Program-made: the position numbers and the translations under genes
From: Phoronis australis
Lineage: Eukaryota; Animalia; Phoronida
Direction: 5' to 3'
Assembly: GCA_002633005.1 (NCBI GenBank)
Contig: NMRA01000139.1
Span: 124,001 to 188,000, forward strand
DNA: 64,000 nt
Notes under the pieces: generated by a model
What the model was told of the DNA's origin: nothing
What the model saw: only the letters and a program-made list of their open reading frames with translations
Database searches by the model: none
In this document: positions 1 through 11,900 of the stretch, piece by piece
How positions within the stretch are numbered: position 1 is the first letter of the stretch
Layout of the letters: each line of letters begins with the position of its first letter

Positions 1-1520
1 CTGTGATGTGCTGGTGAGGCTCAGTAGTATGCAAATTGTGTTTGACGAGATTTGTTCGAATTAAGTGGAGAGTTACCATACTGTCTGTTGTGCTGGTGAC
101 TGGTTTTTTGAACATTTTTGGGCCTCGGTATTTCGCAATGTATTCAGAGACTTTTACTGATGATATGTAGGTTATCACGTTTGAAGTATGATCTAGCTGT
201 GTGTCTCTACGCGGTTATGGAGCACCAGACAATTCTTTTCTGAAGCCGAATATCACTTGGTAACTGTACAGACTAGCATGGCTGCCATTGACAAAGACAT
301 TGCTGAAAAAGACAAGACTGCAAAAAGGAAATGTTCAAGCATATTATTCTGTAATTATATTATGTTCTAGTATTTTCCTATGCAAAAATGTAAGAATCAA
401 TGGTTATTGCAGAAATTGAATTTTAGGTGCATCAGGTTAACGTAAGTACCTAGTCATGAAATTTACTAGAAAACTGAACTGGTCTCAGTTTTATTTGGCA
501 ATTTGAACACAGTGGCCATTTTGTAGAAATATCTGCAAAATTATTTAATGAATTGCCTGTAAGAAGTCTACGTTTTGGATGTCATTGTAGCTCTAGTTTG
601 GTGGTGATGCTGTCTTGAAGACCTAATGGCTATGCATGGTGAATTAGGTCAGGTCATAGACATTAACTTCAAACTGGCATAAATCAATTTTGTTGTTAGT
701 GAATCTTCTTGTTAAACAATCAGTGAACTCGGTCTGTCCTTGGTGTCTTCTACAGTGAGGAGGGCTGACTCTGTGTTAATAAACAAAGTAAGGGTTGGAC
801 ACCAACACATGAGGAATATAGTGTTTTTAAAGATAGTACATGGAATATATTTTTGTACTGTTACTAGTTTGGCGGAAGGTTCTGTCTGTTTGCAAAATTG
901 TAGAAATTCTACAAATTTTGTTCATCACTCATTTCAAGGAGTTGTTCCCCCCTAAGTTCAGGTTTCTGGGTTCAGCCTGGGTCGCATAATTGTTGATTGT
1001 GACAGACAAAATGTGCTTACACATTTTTTGATATTATTTATCATACATCTTTGCAAAATAAGATAAAATGAACTAACTCAGCTGGAACAAAAAATTTTGA
1101 ATCGCTTGTCTGAAGACTTAAGACAGAAATTTAGGACTTGCATTCGCCCTTCACAATTTCTGAAGAAAGATTTAGTACAGTAATTACGAGCACATTACGG
1201 TGTAGAGATATTTAGAAATTATCTCAGTGGCAAGCAGTTTTTTGATTATTCTTAGGGAGTGAACATTTGCTCAAGTGAGTTTTACTTAGTTTTCACAAAG
1301 TGTGTGAAGAGCGAAACCAAGTTTTTTCTTAAATCTAAAGTCACTTATTGTGAAACAGGTCCTTGGAGTGATTGATAAATAGTCCTTGTACATATGCTGT
1401 TGAAAACTTCCCATTGCTTTGAGAATCGTGTTGACTAACAAAGCAGTATCAATAACTGTTCATAATTTTCATTGCCTAATGCTTTTAAATCAGCCTTAAC
1501 ATTGACTCTACATCTTGGTA

Positions 1521-4500
1521 ACATCCAAAAGGTGTCACTTTTAGCAGGTTTGATTTATTGCAGATGTCCTAGAAGTCATTAGTTGTGTTAAATTGGGTCA
1601 TTTTTGCTTGTTTGTTGGATTCAATTTCCTCGAAATGGTCGATGTGTTGGTATTGCTTGGAAGTGCTATTTTGTATTTATACTGTAAGTGATGTCCAATA
1701 AGGCATTCTGTTACACCATTGTTTTATGCAATTGAATAAATTATATATTTTCATTTTTATTTTATGGGGCAAAAATCTCAAACATTTAAAGGGATATTAT
1801 AGGCAAGAAAAGTGATTTTCTGAGGTCAGCCCCCAGGCGGAATCAACCTGCAACCCGTGGGGTCGCTGCCCAAAGCTCTGATGGCAAAGTTAAGCCCCAC
1901 TGGGTGACCGACTATATTTTAAGCATTATTAACAGGTAAAGTCACTGGTCTCCATTCAGTAAGTGTCTGGTAGATAACAACGAGAATCTTCGATTTGTAG
2001 TAATTGACAAAAACTGGATTTTGTTATGTTTTGTTTTGTTTTTACAGCAGTGGTCAAAGCTAGTATTTTCGAGACCTACTTCCATCTAACGATAATCGAA
2101 AACTATGTTTTCCACCCAAAAACCGATAATGTACCGCCACAATGCAAGACCCTAAAGGCGAAGGAATTTCATGGAAGAAAGGTTAATGTTTTTTAAAACC
2201 TCAAATTTCAGCCCCAGCCATATACGCCGGTAACAATATTTCAAAATTGAGCGCAATCAATGCAAACACGTCGGGTATTGCTGAGTAACCTGGCACCTCG
2301 TGTGGTGGTCTGCCGCGTTTTTCCGCTTGTACCCTACAAAAGTGTCCAACTCTGCCCAACTTCGGACATCATTGTCTCAGGAATGACTGATCAAATGAAA
2401 CTTTCGGATACTATGATTTTTGCACAGTTCTACATCACTCTCTTAGAGATGGATTTTAAAATATAACACTTTTGCATTACGGCCTATCAAAAATTTGACC
2501 TATGTTTTTTTGAACAAATCAAAAGTTGCATAAAACGAAATAACTTCAAAAACTAAGTGTTTTTGAGATTTTATGTTGAACATTGATGTCGAATGAAATT
2601 TGTTTGTGTTATTTATACTATCAGTTTGCTATCAATATATCTTTCTTTTTTAACTGCTATATTTTACTGAAAATTCATCGTCGCATGACTCATTTAGTGA
2701 ATGGGGAAATGTTTCTACTGTTAAAAAATGTATACTTTACTGAGTTTCAACGTCATTTTAAAAAATCTGCAGTTTCCTAGACATTTTGTACTTTTCGATG
2801 ACGTCACACATAACCTTAAATTCCGAAAATATTGCACGCCCTTTCCAATGATACTTGTTGTTCCGGACGTATTTTGTAAAGGTAACACCAGCTAAAGAGT
2901 AGCCAATCTAGACGCATTGTAAAAATACTAATAGCAAACGTGCGCACGTGGTTATCCGTACCACGAATACCGGTACGTCTATGCCGTTTTTCCATGCAGT
3001 AATTTTTTATAACAAAAACGGTGACAAAAAATACAACCCCTCGCCGCATCAATTTCCGAAACAAAAATTCGAACACTGAGGATTATGCTTTTGGATGAAC
3101 TACAGTACACGTATTAGCGAATTAGAAGACTGTACTTCAGAGTTATATGCATTTGGAATTTCTTTGCAATTGAAATAGTCCTTGGAAAAGTGAAAGGAAA
3201 CCCTTGAAGTGACTCGCGCAATTTGAGAAGTGCTGTAATCCGGCGCATATTGAGATTAGCTGTTCTATAAAATTCGCTCAAAGCGANACATCCAAAAGGT
3301 GTCACTTTTAGCAGGTTTGATTTATTGCAGATGTCCTAGAAGTCATTAGTTGTGTTAAATTGGGTCATTTTTGCTTGTTTGTTGGATTCAATTTCCTCGA
3401 AATGGTCGATGTGTTGGTATTGCTTGGAAGTGCTATTTTGTATTTATACTGTAAGTGATGTCCAATAAGGCATACTGTTACACCATTGTTTTATGCAATT
3501 GAATAAATTATATATTTGCATTTTTTATTTTATGGGGCAGAAATCTCAAACATTTAAAGGGATATCATAGGCAATAAAAGGGATTTTCCGAGGTCAGCCC
3601 CCAGGCGGAATCAACCTGCAACGCGTGGGGTCGCTGCCCAAAGCTCTGATGGCTAAGTTAAGCCCCACTGGGTGACCGACTATATTTTAAGCATTATTAA
3701 CAGGTAAAGTCACTGGTCTCCATTTAGTAAGTGTCTGGTAGACAACAACGAGAATCTTCGATTTGTAGTAATTGACAAAAACTGGATTTTGTTATGTTTT
3801 GTTTAGTTTTTACAGCAGTGGTCAAAGCTAGTAGTTTCGAGACCTACTTCCATCTAACGATAATCGAAAACTATATTTTTCCACCCAAAAACCGATAATG
3901 TACCGCCACAATGTAAGACCCTAATGTCGAAGGAATTTCATGGAAGAAAGGTTAATGTTTTTTAAAACCTCAAATTTCAGCCCCAGCCATATACGCCGGT
4001 AACAATATTTCGAAATTGAGCGCAATCAATGCAAACACGTCAGGTATTGCTGAGTAACCTGGCAACTCGTGTGGTGGTCTGCCGCGTTTTTCCGCTTGTA
4101 CCCTACAAAAGTGTCCAACTCTGCCAAACTTCGGACATCATTGTTTCAGGAATGACTGATCAGATTTCTATGAAACTTTCGAATACTATGATTTTTGCAC
4201 AGTTCTACATAACTCTCTTAGAGATGGATTTTAAAATAATCCACTTTTGCATGACGGCCTATCAAAAATTTGACCTATGTTTTTTGAACAAATCAAAAGT
4301 TGCATAAAACGAAAACGAAATAATAACTTCAAAAACTAGGTGTTTTTGAGATTTTATGTTGAACATTTATGTCGAATGAAATTTGTTTGTGTTATTTATA
4401 CTATCATTTTGCTATCAATATATCTTTCTTTTTTAATTGCTATATTTTACTGAAAATTCATCGTCGCATGATTCATTTAATGACGGGGCTAAAAGTTTCT

Positions 4501-5076
4501 ACTGTTAGAAAATGTATACTTTACTGAGTTTCAACGTCATTTTAAAAAATCTGCAGTTTCCTAGACATTTTGTTTAATACAAATACTTTTCGATGACGTC
4601 ACACATAACCTTAAATTCCGAAAATATTGCACGCCCTTTCCAATGATACTTGTTGTCCCGGACGTATTTTGCAAATGTAAAGGTAACACCAGCTAAAGAG
4701 TAGCCAATCTAGACGCTTTGTAAAAATACTAATAGCAAACGTGCGCACGTGGTTATCCGTACCACGAATACCGGTACGTCTATGCCGTTTTTCCATGCAG
4801 TAAAACGGTGACAAAAAATACAACGCCTCGCCGCATCAATTTCCGAAACAAAAATTCGAACACTGAGGATTAAGCTTTTGGATGAATTACAGTAAACGAA
4901 TTAGCGAATTAGAAGACTGGCATACTTCAAAATTGTATGCATTTGGAATTTCCTGGCAAATGAAATAGTCCTTGGAAAAGTGAAAGGAAACCCTTGAAGT
5001 GACTCGTGCAATTTGAGAAGTGCTGTAATCCGGCGCATATTGAGATTAGCTGTTCTATGAAATTCGCTCAAAACGA
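1521..5076 (+). repeat. ~1.77-kb direct tandem duplication (1521-3286 and 3288-5076), probably two haplotypes joined at a scaffold break
   Basis: ACATCCAAAAGGTGTCACTTTTAGCAGG starts both copies (1521, 3288). The copies are collinear with scattered substitutions and small indels, and the junction is exactly a single N (3287). Confidence 0.9.
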
Positions 5077-5700
5077 ACATGTTTTCCGTGAAGAGCAGAG
5101 AACATTACAAAATTGGAGTTTTCCACAATTTGCCATTCAGACATATTTGTGAACATAAAGGTGTGCGTTAAGTATACGCTTTTCGCCACACATTTCTGTG
5201 ACCATCTTGGGGAATTTTGTATGTTCAAGATGGATTCATGAGGTACGTTTTGTCCACGCAATATTTGACGTCATATTGCTTACAGGGCATGTCTCTCCTT
5301 GCCATGGCCCCTCTGGGCTAGACCCGGCCAACAATGAAAGAAACGCGCAGCAGGTCCCGCAGTCACGTCGAAATCGGAAAATAATTACTATGAAGAAAGA
5401 CGATAACAAACTGAATTTTTATTGTCGAAACGAAACAAACACAGAAAAAATAGTGAGAAGGCGTCATTGACGAAAACTACTAGGCTTGAATTTTGGGCTA
5501 TTGAATTTTAATGTAGTGGCTGAGGTTTAAATCAGTGACCCGACGGGGCCGTGACATGCTGGGTCAAAAGAGGAGGAGCCAACGGAGCAATGAACTTTGA
5601 TTAATCATAGGACCTACAAATTTTGAGTCTACTGCGCATCACCTTCAATCGTCTTTCGTGCCACGTGAACAAACAATTCTGCTGTGCCCCCCCCCCCCCC

Positions 5701-6393
5701 NNNNNNNNNNNNNNNNNNNNNNNNNNNNNNNNNNNNNNNNNNNNNNNNNNNNNNNNNNNNNNNNNNNNNNNNNNNNNNNNNNNNNNNNNNNNNNNNNNNN
5801 NNNNNNNNNNNNNNNNNNNNNNNNNNNNNNNNNNNNNNNNNNNNNNNNNNNNNNNNNNNNNNNNNNNNNNNNNNNNNNNNNNNNNNNNNNNNNNNNNNNN
5901 NNNNNNNNNNNNNNNNNNNNNNNNNNNNNNNNNNNNNNNNNNNNNNNNNNNNNNNNNNNNNNNNNNNNNNNNNNNNNNNNNNNNNNNNNNNNNNNNNNNN
6001 NNNNNNNNNNNNNNNNNNNNNNNNNNNNNNNNNNNNNNNNNNNNNNNNNNNNNNNNNNNNNNNNNNNNNNNNNNNNNNNNNNNNNNNNNNNNNNNNNNNN
6101 NNNNNNNNNNNNNNNNNNNNNNNNNNNNNNNNNNNNNNNNNNNNNNNNNNNNNNNNNNNNNNNNNNNNNNNNNNNNNNNNNNNNNNNNNNNNNNNNNNNN
6201 NNNNNNNNNNNNNNNNNNNNNNNNNNNNNNNNNNNNNNNNNNNNNNNNNNNNNNNNNNNNNNNNNNNNNNNNNNNNNNNNNNNNNNNNNNNNNNNNNNNN
6301 NNNNNNNNNNNNNNNNNNNNNNNNNNNNNNNNNNNNNNNNNNNNNNNNNNNNNNNNNNNNNNNNNNNNNNNNNNNNNNNNNNNNNNNNNNNNN
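5701..6393. other. assembly gap (N run)
   Basis: Run of N following a poly-C tract. Confidence 1.
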
Positions 6394-6484
6394 GGCAGTT
6401 CGGGGGTGCGAATGTCTTACGGGCAAAACCCTGGCTATTACTCTGCCCCCCCCCCCGCAGCTCAAAATCCTGGATCCGCCTCTG
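6394..6484 (-). mobile_element. end of a hAT-like MITE (CAGRGGCGGATCCAGGA family), truncated by the gap
   Basis: The reverse complement CAGAGGCGGATCCAGGATTTTGAGCTGCGGGGG matches the start of the element at 7958. Confidence 0.65.
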
Positions 6485-6885
6485 GAAGGCATCACATTTT
6501 GCGCTGTGTCAAAATTCGAGTCAGCTGCTCATGTTAGATGAGAACGAAGAGGAATTCGGAGTAAAAGTTATGAATTGCCTCATAAATAAATTACTGTCGG
6601 TCAACACCACTGACCCAAACACTTCTGCACGTGACGCGGGGAGTGTTAAGTGAACAGAATTAAATCCCTTGTTTGCTACCAGGTGGTGTGATTGATGGGT
6701 TTGACCTTAAATGACGTCATGGAAACCTCTAGCTAAAAGGCATGTTTTGCTATTATTTGGCGTGTTCCTGTTCATTTAACGTCTAGAAATCTTTCCGCCT
6801 CACAAATAACGTTTACCAGTTTTTACTGGAATGAACAATGGATAGTTGCTAAGGATGTCGCGCTGTTAATGTGCTGAAAATGCAC

Positions 6886-6895
6886 GCTCCACTTC
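6886..6895 (+). repeat. left target-site duplication GCTCCACTTC
   Basis: Identical to 19732-19741 and abuts the TA terminus. Confidence 0.9.
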
Positions 6896-6985
6896 TAACC
6901 TGGTTCCCGGGCCTCACAAGATGACGTCACGGATTGCTTGTGAAGGCCCAGGTACAGCGCACTAGAACGATGGTTTTCATTGGCT
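6896..6985 (+). repeat. left terminal module: hairpin plus TACAGCGCACT plus TCATTGGCT
   Basis: Arms 6906-6920 CCCGGGCCTCACAAG and 6937-6952 CTTGTGAAGGCCCAGG. The 11-mer is at 6953-6963 and the 9-mer at 6977-6985; both recur inverted at the right end. Confidence 0.8.
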
Positions 6986-7957
6986 CTCAGCTGGCAATTT
7001 TTAACCAGGAAGTTGGCGTGCGCACGCTCACAAAATAAAAACATCCGGTAAATCGAACGTCGATCTCTCTGGTAAGCAAGTTGTCTAAATTGCGATTTTA
7101 CTAAGAAATCGGCCTGTAAAGGATGCAATTATCGATTCATTATCGTAAGATTAAACATGTGGTTCCACCAGTCTCACAATTTCACTTGACATTTCCCAGA
7201 TCCAGTGCTTGAACGCGTTTTACGAGTTCCTATGTTGTTGTCAAACGTATGGATTTCCACGAACTTGGCAACTGCCCAAGCAATTTTCTGCTAAGTGTGT
7301 TTAGATATTAAAATCAACTTCACTTTCTCCTCAACGTATATCATGAACATGAATTGACACTGGAATCACGTTTTTTCACTACACAGTCGCCAGTTTTACT
7401 GCTTAAAAACATTTCAGGTAATTATAAAATGTGCTGAAAGTTTCACCAACTTGGCAACTGGCCAGACTATTCCAACATCAGGCAACATGTTACAATCAAC
7501 TGCAGTATATCATAAATTTGGGTTTCATAAACTGTTCAGTTAAATTCATCGATTTCGTTGATGTAGTTGGAAACAAAATGCTTTTCAGTTCTCACATATT
7601 TCCACAAACTAGTAGGCCTACCAAGAGTGATTTTTTCAAGTGTATCCCAAAACCTGGTAAAAATAAAGATACTGGTATGCATAATTGCAAATAAAGACAT
7701 CTGGATCGACACGATATTTCAAGGTGAAACAACCACTGCAATACCCAGAATCATCTATACAGTGTCGTTGTTTATTATTGTAGTGTCAGTAAAATGAAAC
7801 AGTGAAAAGGGTAAATTATGTGGAACAGCAAAAATATATGTTGTGGGTGTATCGAAAAGTGGGACATTTTGATCTTGTGGCAGGATGCTGGACATAGTTT
7901 CAATAAGTGGGTCGGTTCCACCAGAAGCGAGTATATACCATGTTTCCATTACCTATT

Positions 7958-8162
7958 CAGGGGCGGATCCAGGATTTTGAGTTGTGGGGGCAGGGCACAG
8001 GAATAACCTAAAATGTAGGGATGCGGGGGTTTCGAATTTTTGGGTTTGCGGACCTTTTGACTAAAAAAAAATGGTAAACGGGGTTTGTTCAGGTCCTATG
8101 CANNNNNNNNNNNNNNNNNNNNNNNNNNNNNTGCCCCCCCCCCCCCCCTAAATCCGCTACTG
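7958..8162 (+). mobile_element. hAT-like MITE nested in the AcademH element (contains gap 8103-8131)
   Basis: Termini CAGGGGCGGATCC ... AAATCCGCTACTG; imperfect 5-bp flanking repeat CTATT/CTATC. Confidence 0.7.
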
Positions 8163-8907
8163 CTATCGATTCATTTAACATAGGTTCTGACACCTATAAT
8201 GAAACCAAAATTTAATCTTCTGTTGTCAAGTGTTAACAAAAAAGGTTGGGATGTCATTTCATTAACTTCAGTGAACCTATACTTGTTTTAAAATCAAAGA
8301 CCAAGATGCATACAAAGTGGCTTTAACCATCCATTTGTCATGGCCATAGCAAGAGTTATTGGTATACCAGTTTCAAAACTTATGTCAAAATTTCCTGTGG
8401 AAATTATGGTGGAGTCCCTCCCTATGTCGCATCCTATAAGCCGTTGTTATTTGTTTTCCACAATCTAACTGCAGATCTCAAACTGACCCTTAATGTAGTT
8501 TACAGTGGTAATTTCTTGGCTTGAAAAGAGTTGACAGTTTGCCATAGCTTTGCTTCATACAGTGGCTCTATACATTTTCTTGTCGCATCGGGTATTATAT
8601 GCACTGAGCATGTACCCTGTAACAGTGTCATTTTTTCGAAGCCCAGAAAACACTTGTCAGATAAGATCGCATTTGATCAAGCCTGCCACTAACACCGGAT
8701 GTATGTTCCTTAGCCAATGAGGCATTCTCAGAGCCTTTAGTGTTGTGATGTACCTTTTTCTGGGGCTATGGTAGTAGTAAATGGTACCTTTTCTTAAAAA
8801 CATGAGTTCATCATGTGTTTCTGAACTTTGTTAGAAATGGACCTGTTCTGCTCAGAAAATTATATTTGAGTTTATGATTTTTAGGGGCCAAACAATGGAT
8901 CTGCACA

Positions 8908-11900
8908 ATGAAGAAAACACCTGTCAAGTATTCCACTGATGTCTGCTTAATCTGTTCCTCAACACTTCGTCTCCACAATATCTCAACATCACTCAAGGAA
9001 AGAAGATTTTTAGAACAATATCTTGAAATTTCGGTAATTAATGGAAACCTTTGCCGCAACTGCTCATCAAAATTATATACAATCAACAACAAGTTAGATG
9101 AATTAAAACAAAATCAAAGAAAGACTGCAGCTGTATATCAAAGACGATGCGCTAATTTGGATATCACTTCTCAGCACTCCGAAAAAAAACAAAGAAGCCA
9201 GTACTCTCCTATAATTGCACGCAATTCACTCATCCCTGTTCGAATCCCTACAAGTAATAAAAGTCTTCAACAAGTCACACACCGTACTATTTTGCCAAAG
9301 CCTGGAAGTTTTATACCAATACGTAGTCCTAAGAAAGCTGAATCCAAGGGTACTGCAGTGTCAGCAAAACGGAAATTGAATCTAACTGAGCATTCTTATT
9401 ATGCCTCCACTTCCGTATCCGATAAAAGTAAACCTTCTGAGAAATGTGCTACCACCGTACAAGATCCAGCTGTCAAACTATTAATGAACCTGTGCAAAAA
9501 TGAAGAATCAGAAGATCAATTGACACCTGATGAAAAGAAGAAACTTCAAGCAGTTATTCATAATGGCAACAAACATCAAGTTTGTGCAGTGCTGCAAGAA
9601 ATACCGTCATTATTGTCTATTTTTGAAGAGATTGTTATATCAAGAGTGAGCTCCGAGTGTGGCTCGTTTGGAAACAGAAAAGAAGGTGTGTCGTACTTAT
9701 TTCACAAGTCCTACAATGATCTGAAGACTATGTCTTGGAGTGCTATTGTCCAAGAAATGTGTAGTAAAGTACCATTTGCTGCCAAACTCTTTTTAAGTAT
9801 TATGTTGCCGACCAAGTTTTTAAGTACAGCCGACAAAGTGAAGCATGCCATTCCTCGGCTAGCAATGATGTGGTCCATTGCTATTCAAAATAGGTTCGAC
9901 TACCTCAGCAAGGTGCAACGTGTTCTCACGTTGACATTGGGTGATTGCATTGTAGATCAAAAGGTATGTAAACTACACGCTCTTCATACATGTATGTTTA
10001 ATGGCCTAGAACAATAACTATGAAAAGTGAAGACAAGCTAAATAAGTAAATATTCTGATAACAGTTTCGGGTTGTTCGTTTCAATATTGACAAATTACTT
10101 GGATTATGCCAATTGCCCCCTTTATTAATGTTACTCACAATATAGCATTTTACAAAAACAACACCTTTCTGCTCTAATTAAACGTCAAATTGTTTATCTA
10201 AAACCTAGGCTTTTAACATGATTTTACAATTAAATAATTAATTTCTATAATTGTACTTTCCATGTGAAAATTTTTTCTGGGATTGATCTTTATGTCAGAT
10301 TCCACATTGTTTTTTGTTTTAACTGTGGTTTTTTAATTTCAGAAACAGTGCACCAGTTGGACAATTGAAAATGAATCGCAACCCAATCAAAAGTATTGCC
10401 CTAACAGCATGCTTAAAGAAATTTGCATGAATGTGATTAAACGCCTTGCATGATACACTGGTGTCTAAGCACGAGTCCAGATGTGAAGTAAGTAACTGAC
10501 AAGTTCAGTAAATATCTCAGATTTGTCACATTTCGAGGTTTTAAAAAGTATGGAAAAATGTACATTTTTTCAAAACTGGACTTGGACCCTGCAGCTATTT
10601 ATATTGTGATAATGATCCCATTTACCACTTGTGGCTTGCAGTCAAATTGTTCTTTAACGTTCTAGTTTTACTTTGATATTTAAATTTGTTTTTTAAAGTG
10701 GTGACATCTCAAAATTGTGCTACCATATTTCCGAAACTAATTAAATGCTAATGTGGTTTAAATTAACAAGATAGACATTTCTCATTGAGCAAACTATCTT
10801 TCCCACAGATTGTAGAGCACGATCCTTGTATTCACCTTGCCATACCATGTCTTTGTCGTGTTAGGCTATCCCAAATAGCCAGCAAACATGCACTGAAGAC
10901 AATAAAAAATTCCTGAGCAAACTCGGTCAATGATAGTATTAAGTCTAGTTTATAGCACCTGAAGCCCCAAGATTCCATCATTTTTATTTTACATAAAACC
11001 ATAGAATTGAGGTTAAAAATTGCTATATTTGTACTCTACAGTATTTCTTTCACAGAAACTAGGTACTCGTTAGTTTGGGTATACCCATCCTGTTTCATCC
11101 ATAAACTTCAACAAAATGTCAAAAATGCTCTTTGTACACCAGACCTGACCTGGAAATTTGTGTTGGAATTTCAAAATATCCACCGCAAAAAGATGGGTAT
11201 ATGGGTGCTGTAAATCAATACTAATAAGCATGAATCCTTGCATGGCTTTCACTACCTACTATACATTGACATCTGGCACTCACTCTACTTGAACTTTGTA
11301 GGTGTATGATCGCTTGCAACCTATTGGCGTTTCGTTATCTTATAACAGCAGCCTCGACCTTATGAAGATGATTGGTGACCACTACAAGGACGAAATAGTC
11401 ACTGCTGTTCAAGACAACAAAAGGTATATCAATTCACTTCAAATGTGTCTTCATTATGTTTCTTGGTTTAGAAAACCTGTTTCTTGGTTATAGTATGAAA
11501 AAAGACTGAAAATATTCCTTACACAGTTAACACTTCATACCATTGATTGTAGAAACCCATTGCTTATTTATAGTTAAGGTGTTATGAAATTATTCAAAAT
11601 TATGTAATGGCTATGAATGGCATTGGCTCAGTCTCCATGGAAAAAGTCGTGGTTCATAAATGGCTTGTTTGCAAAGTCATGAACAATTTGGCGAATTTTT
11701 AAAGGTTTGATATTAGCGCAAACGAATTCCTGTGGACATGTTGCACTGCAAACTTGAACATCTCACCAGTTACCATTACAATCGAGCCATTGCTTTCATT
11801 TCAGGTTCCGGTTAGTTGGAGACAACATCAACTGGAAGGTGGGTGTTAGCGAGGAACGTCTTGACCACAAACCAACGTGGCACCATGCATTCGGTTCAAT

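Noticed and set aside
1823-1912. tRNA-like sequence on the minus strand
   Set aside because: Only a degenerate B-box-like motif with no cloverleaf; at most a SINE remnant.
1786-2818. Kolobok-like element between TTAA sites (TTAAAGGG ... CCTTAA)
   Set aside because: The putative ends are not inverted repeats of each other; at best these are fragments.
5623-6653. Four ~300-aa ORFs in the track
   Set aside because: They are open only because they run through the N gap and poly-C tracts.
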